Shown here in pieces: positions 59,523 through 64,000 of a stretch of DNA of 64,000 bases (the first letter of the stretch is position 1; the number at the start of each line of letters is the position of its first letter). The stretch comes from Candidatus Lokiarchaeum ossiferum. Its GTDB lineage: Archaea > Asgardarchaeota > Lokiarchaeia > Sigyniarchaeales > Promethearchaeaceae. The position numbers were made by a program, and so were the translations under genes. A model generated the notes under the pieces. It saw nothing but the letters and a program-made list of their open reading frames with translations, had not been told where the DNA came from and did no database searches. Location: the NCBI GenBank assembly GCA_025839675.1, contig CP104013.1:2913121-2977120 (forward strand). The letters are read 5' to 3'.

Positions 59523-60617
59523 TTGAAACAGATTGAGAAGTGGATGGCAATTCAAATATATGTATTCCTCAGGATGAGCTTAAACGGAGTTTTGTTCATT
59601 CTTTTTATAATATTTCTGTATAAAGCAATACGAAGGAAACAATTTGCCCCATTTTTGACTGGAAGCTTTTCTTTAGCTTTGATCGGCAACACTATAATCT
59701 TATTCACAGATCAAATCATTAAAATCAATTTATACGGTCATTTTCTGGTGGCTGTTTCTTTTTCTCTAATTTATCTTCATTGTGTTGCCTTGATCAATTC
59801 CAGGCCAAACATGTTTATCCAGATCTTTTTCATCAGCTTGAATTCAGCCATTTTATTGATCTCTATGTTGAAATCTTTTGATCTGCTTAGCGAAAATATT
59901 GCATCTCAGCTTGTAATGCAAATTTCTTCAACAATAAAAATGGTAGCACTGGTATTTTCTGTTATCATTGAGGTCAAGATATATTCAAACACGAAATTGG
60001 TAACTGTTAAAATAGAATTGATTTCAATTGTCATCTTGCTGATCTATGCAATCAACTTATTTATCCGAGATTTTTTATTTTTTTCAGAATATGCAATGAT
60101 TTTTACCCAAATTTCGTGGTTTTCGGTTTTACTAGGGAGTATCCTATTAATTTGCAACTATATAACGCATGCAAACTACATATACTATCTTCCCTTTCCG
60201 ATTCATAGTATCATTGTATATAATGAAGGCGGAATGTTAACCTATGCTCAAAAATTTAATAATTCGAAATTTACTGATCAACTTCCAGATGCTTTAATTT
60301 CTGGAATATACTCAGCAATATCATCATTAGTTAGAGATACATTGGGAGTAGGTGCTCAGTTGCAACATATTAATGCAGATAAATATCAAATCTATTTCAA
60401 AGAAACTTCTAATTTGAAGGCAACCTTGGCAGTGATAGCCTTAGGGAAATCATTCTTTTTCCAAAAATCACTAAATAAATTCATTGATTCCATCCCTAAT
60501 AGTTTAATTAATGAAATAAATCAACCAGGGGTTGCTTTATCGGATTTTCAGCAAGAAATTGAGGAGTATGTTAAACAGTCTTTTCCTTATATTCAAATTC
60601 TAAATGATTTAGATTAA
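59523..60617 (+). CDS. polytopic membrane protein with C-terminal roadblock/LC7-like domain
   Basis: 364 aa, about 7 TM helices over residues 1-230. The C-terminal 'IVYNEGGMLTYAQKF...LISGIYSAISSLVRDTLGVGAQLQHINADKYQIYFKETSNLKATLAVIA' is collinear with the core of the two small paralogs at 42136 and 44552. Confidence 0.5.
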   Translation: MKQIEKWMAIQIYVFLRMSLNGVLFILFIIFLYKAIRRKQFAPFLTGSFSLALIGNTIILFTDQIIKINLYGHFLVAVSFSLIYLHCVALINSRPNMFIQIFFISLNSAILLISMLKSFDLLSENIASQLVMQISSTIKMVALVFSVIIEVKIYSNTKLVTVKIELISIVILLIYAINLFIRDFLFFSEYAMIFTQISWFSVLLGSILLICNYITHANYIYYLPFPIHSIIVYNEGGMLTYAQKFNNSKFTDQLPDALISGIYSAISSLVRDTLGVGAQLQHINADKYQIYFKETSNLKATLAVIALGKSFFFQKSLNKFIDSIPNSLINEINQPGVALSDFQQEIEEYVKQSFPYIQILNDLD

Positions 60618-60753
60618 TGATTAAAATGTAGAATTGTTTTAGGTTTGATGGATTCATTAGCTGTCAAATTATATCACTCAGACCATCAGAATACAAACTT
60701 AGGATAATGAAGTCTTATGAAGTTATTTAAGGCAAAAAAGCCCATTATTTACT

Positions 60754-61608
60754 ATGAAATTGAAAGTTGGTCAAACTATACAAAAAGTGGGAGAAGTGAA
60801 ATCCTCCCATTTTATGAAGATGGTAAATCTCCTCGGGTTTGAACACGTGGAATTTGATCCTACTGTATTCGATGATATTGAGGCAACAATTCCAACCATT
60901 AGAAAACATTCCGTAGTGCTTCATGCCCCCTTCTACTCTTGGTGGGGGTATGATTTGAGTTCCCGGAATCAATCGGAAAAAGTTGAAGCTTATATGAAAA
61001 ATGTGGAGAAGTTTGCATCCCAGTTGAAGGCACATTCAATTGTGGTGCACCCCCCGATGGATCCAGAGGGTGATAAAGTTTTTTTTTTAGAAAATCTGAA
61101 TAGACTCCCTATAACAATTTTCTTAGAGAATCTTCCAGGACAAAAACTCTCTGATTTTGAACGGTGGTATCTTGAAACAAAAGCGAAAACTACGACTCAC
61201 ACAGAAATATGTTTTGATGTACCACACAGTTTTCTAACCCACGGAAGAGAGAATTTATTCAATATTCCCGAATCGTTGATTTCAGACATAAATTACATTC
61301 ACATCTCCGAGTTATCTTCGGAGAAAGATTGCCATTGGCCCTTTGGGACTCCAGGAGGAGAATTACCTTTTGAGAAATTTGTGGATTTTCTACATCGAAT
61401 TGATTTCAATGGAATTATTAATATGGAAATGATGCCAGCAGATTTGCAAGGAATTAATAACCTTATCGATTCATACTTGAAATTAAAGAAACTTGGGACT
61501 AAGTTCCAATATATAATGAAAAAGATACGAGTCACGTTAATCAAACCTATTTTATTGAATAAGCTGCAAGGGGTGCCATTAAAAGCAGAACCTGATAAAC
61601 ATATTTGA
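60754..61608 (+). CDS. sugar-phosphate isomerase/epimerase-like TIM-barrel protein (xylose-isomerase-like fold)
   Basis: 284 aa. 'HAPFYSWWGYDL...AHSIVVHPP' and 'HISE...MEM' are spaced like the metal-ligand His/Glu residues of the AP-endonuclease-2 / xylose-isomerase-like TIM barrel. Weak call. Confidence 0.4.
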   Translation: MKLKVGQTIQKVGEVKSSHFMKMVNLLGFEHVEFDPTVFDDIEATIPTIRKHSVVLHAPFYSWWGYDLSSRNQSEKVEAYMKNVEKFASQLKAHSIVVHPPMDPEGDKVFFLENLNRLPITIFLENLPGQKLSDFERWYLETKAKTTTHTEICFDVPHSFLTHGRENLFNIPESLISDINYIHISELSSEKDCHWPFGTPGGELPFEKFVDFLHRIDFNGIINMEMMPADLQGINNLIDSYLKLKKLGTKFQYIMKKIRVTLIKPILLNKLQGVPLKAEPDKHI

Positions 61609-61832
61609 TTTTCAATAAATCACAGACAATTTTTTTTAAAGTGCCATTGATATATTCAAAATTGATTATAATATCGCTTCCATATATTTATAGGATTAAA
61701 TAATTGTAAATTAACCTATCAAGGAATTGAAGAAAAATTGGAAAGGAATAATAATTTCAAACCGGATGAACTATTTAACTCATTTTTTTTGCAAAAATAA
61801 ATATATATCCTAGATGAAATAAATTGAAGGAA

Positions 61833-64000
61833 ATGTCAGAACAAATATATCGGCAAGTTTTTGAAGGTGCTGCTGAGGGGATTTTGATAGCAGATGTTAA
61901 TACCAAGGAATTTTTATTTGCAAATCCTGCAATATGTAATCTATTAAAGTATTCTAAGGATGAATTAATTCGTCTATCAGTTTTGGATATTCACCCAAAG
62001 GAAGAGTTGGATCATGTACTTTCTGAATTTAATGCACAAGCCCGGGGTGAAAAAATTGTGGCAATGAGCATACCTTGTTTAAGAAAAGATGGAAAAGTGA
62101 TCTATGCTGATATCAATACTACTAGGGTAATCATTAATAATAAGGAATATAACCTTGGGTTTTTTTCGGATGTTACCTCACGAATAGATGCATTAAAGCA
62201 AGCTCAAGATCACATAATATTTCTAGAAAGTCTAGATAAAATTGAAGTAGCTATCAGATCTGCCACAAACGCAGAAGAATTGCTTCATAATGTTTTGCAA
62301 GAAGTTTTCGCTATTTTCAATTGCGATAGGGCATTTCTATTTTACCCATGTGATCCTGAATCCCCTAGTTACCGAATTCCATTTGAAATTTTTAAAAAGG
62401 AATATCCAGGAGCTTCCATCCAAGATCTGGACCAACCCATGAGACCTGGAGAAGTAGATATATGCAGAGCAGTTCTTGCAACAAGCAATCCTATATCTTA
62501 TGGACCAAATGGCGATTTCCCACTCTATACAGAAGGTACAGAACAATTTGGAATTCTTTCACAATTAGTAATAGCAATTCATCCGAAATTAGATAAACCT
62601 TGGATTCTCGGTTTGCACCAATGTTCATTTGCTCGAATTTGGTCACCCGCAGAATATACACTTTTGAAGGAGATTGGTCGCCGGATATCTGACGGTTTAA
62701 ATAGCTTGCTTATATTTCAACAACTCCAAGAAAGTCAAATGGAATATAAAAATCTTCTTGATGCTATTCCAGATATGGTTTGGGTAAGTGATTTGGAAGA
62801 AAAATTTCTATTTGCTTCGGAAGGCTGGAAACGTATTGCAGGTTATGATCCTAAAGAGTTGATTGGAAAACCTTTCTACGATATAATGGTGAAAGAAGAA
62901 CAAGCGGAACTTGATTTTGCACCTGAAGAATATCAAGAAGGAGTTAAAGAAAAATTTGATGATCTTAAAACAAAAGAAGCAGCTTATCGTGATTTTCTAA
63001 ATTGGAATTATCATAAAAATGGTGAAAAACGATGTCACTCATCTAGCGCAGTGCCTCGATATGATAAACAAGGTAAATTTATTGGATATGTAGGGATTGA
63101 TAAAGATATAACAGATTGGGTTAAAGCAGAAAGAGCCTTAAAAATGAATCAAATACGTTTGGAAGCCCAAATTAAGCTCAATAATATGATATCATCATCC
63201 ATTACCCAAATAACAGATTTTACTTTAAATGAGGCGATAAAAATGACCGAGAGTGAACTTGGTTATTTAGCTTTTATAAATCATGATGAATCTATACTAA
63301 CGATACAGAGCTGGTCCCAAAAAACGATGAAACAATGCCAGATTAAAGACAAGCCTTTGAAATTCCAAGTTAAAGATACCGGGTTGTGGGGAGAATCAAT
63401 TCGTCAAAGAAAACCAACAATTACTAATGATTATGATGCTCCTAATCCCTTCAAAAAGGGGATTCCAGAAGGTCATATTCACCTTTCACGACATTTAAAT
63501 GTTCCAATTTTTGAGAAAGACAAGATTGTTGCTTTGATAGGCGTTGCTAACAAGAAAGAAAATTATGATGAAGCAGATATTTCCCAGTTGACCTTACTAG
63601 TGCAAGCAATGTGGATGATTATTACTAGGAAAAAATCAGAGGAGGAACTTCAAAAAGTTGAAGATCAGCTGATTCAAAGTAGAAAAATGGAAGCTATTGG
63701 ACAACTTGCTGGGGGAGTTGCGCATGATTTCAATAATATCTTGGCGGGAATATTGGGTGCTGCTGAAGTTCTTATGGATATAAATACAGATAATTCAAAC
63801 CAAATAGAATTTTTAGAAATGATAATTCAGGATGTAAAACGTGCATCAACTTTAACCAACAAACTTTTAACTTTCAGCCATAAAAATAAGAAAAAATTTG
63901 AGACAATCGATTGTTTAGAGGTAATTAATGACACAATCAGCATATTAAAACGAGCGATTGATAAAAAAATAAATATCAAATTTGAAAACAACGCAGTTCA
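61833..64000 (+). CDS. multi-PAS/GAF sensor histidine kinase (5' partial; continues beyond window end)
   Basis: ATG at 61833, open to the window edge. PAS-like modules: 'QVFEGAAEGILIADVNTKEFLFANPAICNLLKYSKDELIRLSVLDIHPKE'. GAF-like region, then HisKA phospho-acceptor 'QSRKMEAIGQLAGGVAHDFNNILAGILG'. Confidence 0.8.
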   Translation, partial: MSEQIYRQVFEGAAEGILIADVNTKEFLFANPAICNLLKYSKDELIRLSVLDIHPKEELDHVLSEFNAQARGEKIVAMSIPCLRKDGKVIYADINTTRVIINNKEYNLGFFSDVTSRIDALKQAQDHIIFLESLDKIEVAIRSATNAEELLHNVLQEVFAIFNCDRAFLFYPCDPESPSYRIPFEIFKKEYPGASIQDLDQPMRPGEVDICRAVLATSNPISYGPNGDFPLYTEGTEQFGILSQLVIAIHPKLDKPWILGLHQCSFARIWSPAEYTLLKEIGRRISDGLNSLLIFQQLQESQMEYKNLLDAIPDMVWVSDLEEKFLFASEGWKRIAGYDPKELIGKPFYDIMVKEEQAELDFAPEEYQEGVKEKFDDLKTKEAAYRDFLNWNYHKNGEKRCHSSSAVPRYDKQGKFIGYVGIDKDITDWVKAERALKMNQIRLEAQIKLNNMISSSITQITDFTLNEAIKMTESELGYLAFINHDESILTIQSWSQKTMKQCQIKDKPLKFQVKDTGLWGESIRQRKPTITNDYDAPNPFKKGIPEGHIHLSRHLNVPIFEKDKIVALIGVANKKENYDEADISQLTLLVQAMWMIITRKKSEEELQKVEDQLIQSRKMEAIGQLAGGVAHDFNNILAGILGAAEVLMDINTDNSNQIEFLEMIIQDVKRASTLTNKLLTFSHKNKKKFETIDCLEVINDTISILKRAIDKKINIKFENNAV

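Noticed and set aside
1-64000. CRISPR arrays, cas genes, IS elements, integrases
   Set aside because: No regularly spaced direct repeats of 25-40 bp were seen, and no transposase- or integrase-like ORF. The poly-A/T tracts present are simple AT-rich intergenic sequence.

Overview
This 64 kb window is low in GC and looks archaeal. Supporting signals: a TFIIB-type TFB, an Orc1/Cdc6 initiator, both subunits of family-D DNA polymerase (PolD DP1 and DP2), RtcB, archaeal-type PheS/PheT, an SMC-ScpA-ScpB condensin operon and a SepF-like protein. Three tRNAs were identified by hand folding; two carry an encoded CCA and one (tRNA-Ser) has a 32-nt intron at the canonical 37/38 position. The gene content is Asgard-like (Lokiarchaeia-type): there is an Arf-like and a Rab-like small GTPase, each with an N-terminal extension domain, and a three-member family of roadblock/LC7-like proteins. 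Two of the roadblock-like genes are near-identical paralogs flanking an aldehyde dehydrogenase gene and sit next to the Rab-like GTPase; the third is fused to a polytopic membrane domain. Other accessory-looking content: a translationally coupled trio (membrane protein, 1000-aa gamma-class N6-adenine methyltransferase-like protein with a large internal insertion, membrane-anchored alpha/beta hydrolase); a six-repeat Cys-rich zinc-ribbon-like protein; an orphan methyl-accepting chemotaxis receptor with dCache/HAMP/PAS modules; PAS/GAF sensors; paralogous ArsB/NhaD-family permeases; an ABC amino-acid importer; an APC permease; a CPBP protease; adenosine deaminase; and tandem SIS-domain proteins. 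The orc1/cdc6-DP1-DP2 neighbourhood, with inverted TTAWCCG-like repeats flanking an AT-rich stretch upstream of orc1, is a candidate replication origin. No CRISPR array, transposase or integrase was seen. All calls are from reading the translations and folding by eye; no database search was possible.
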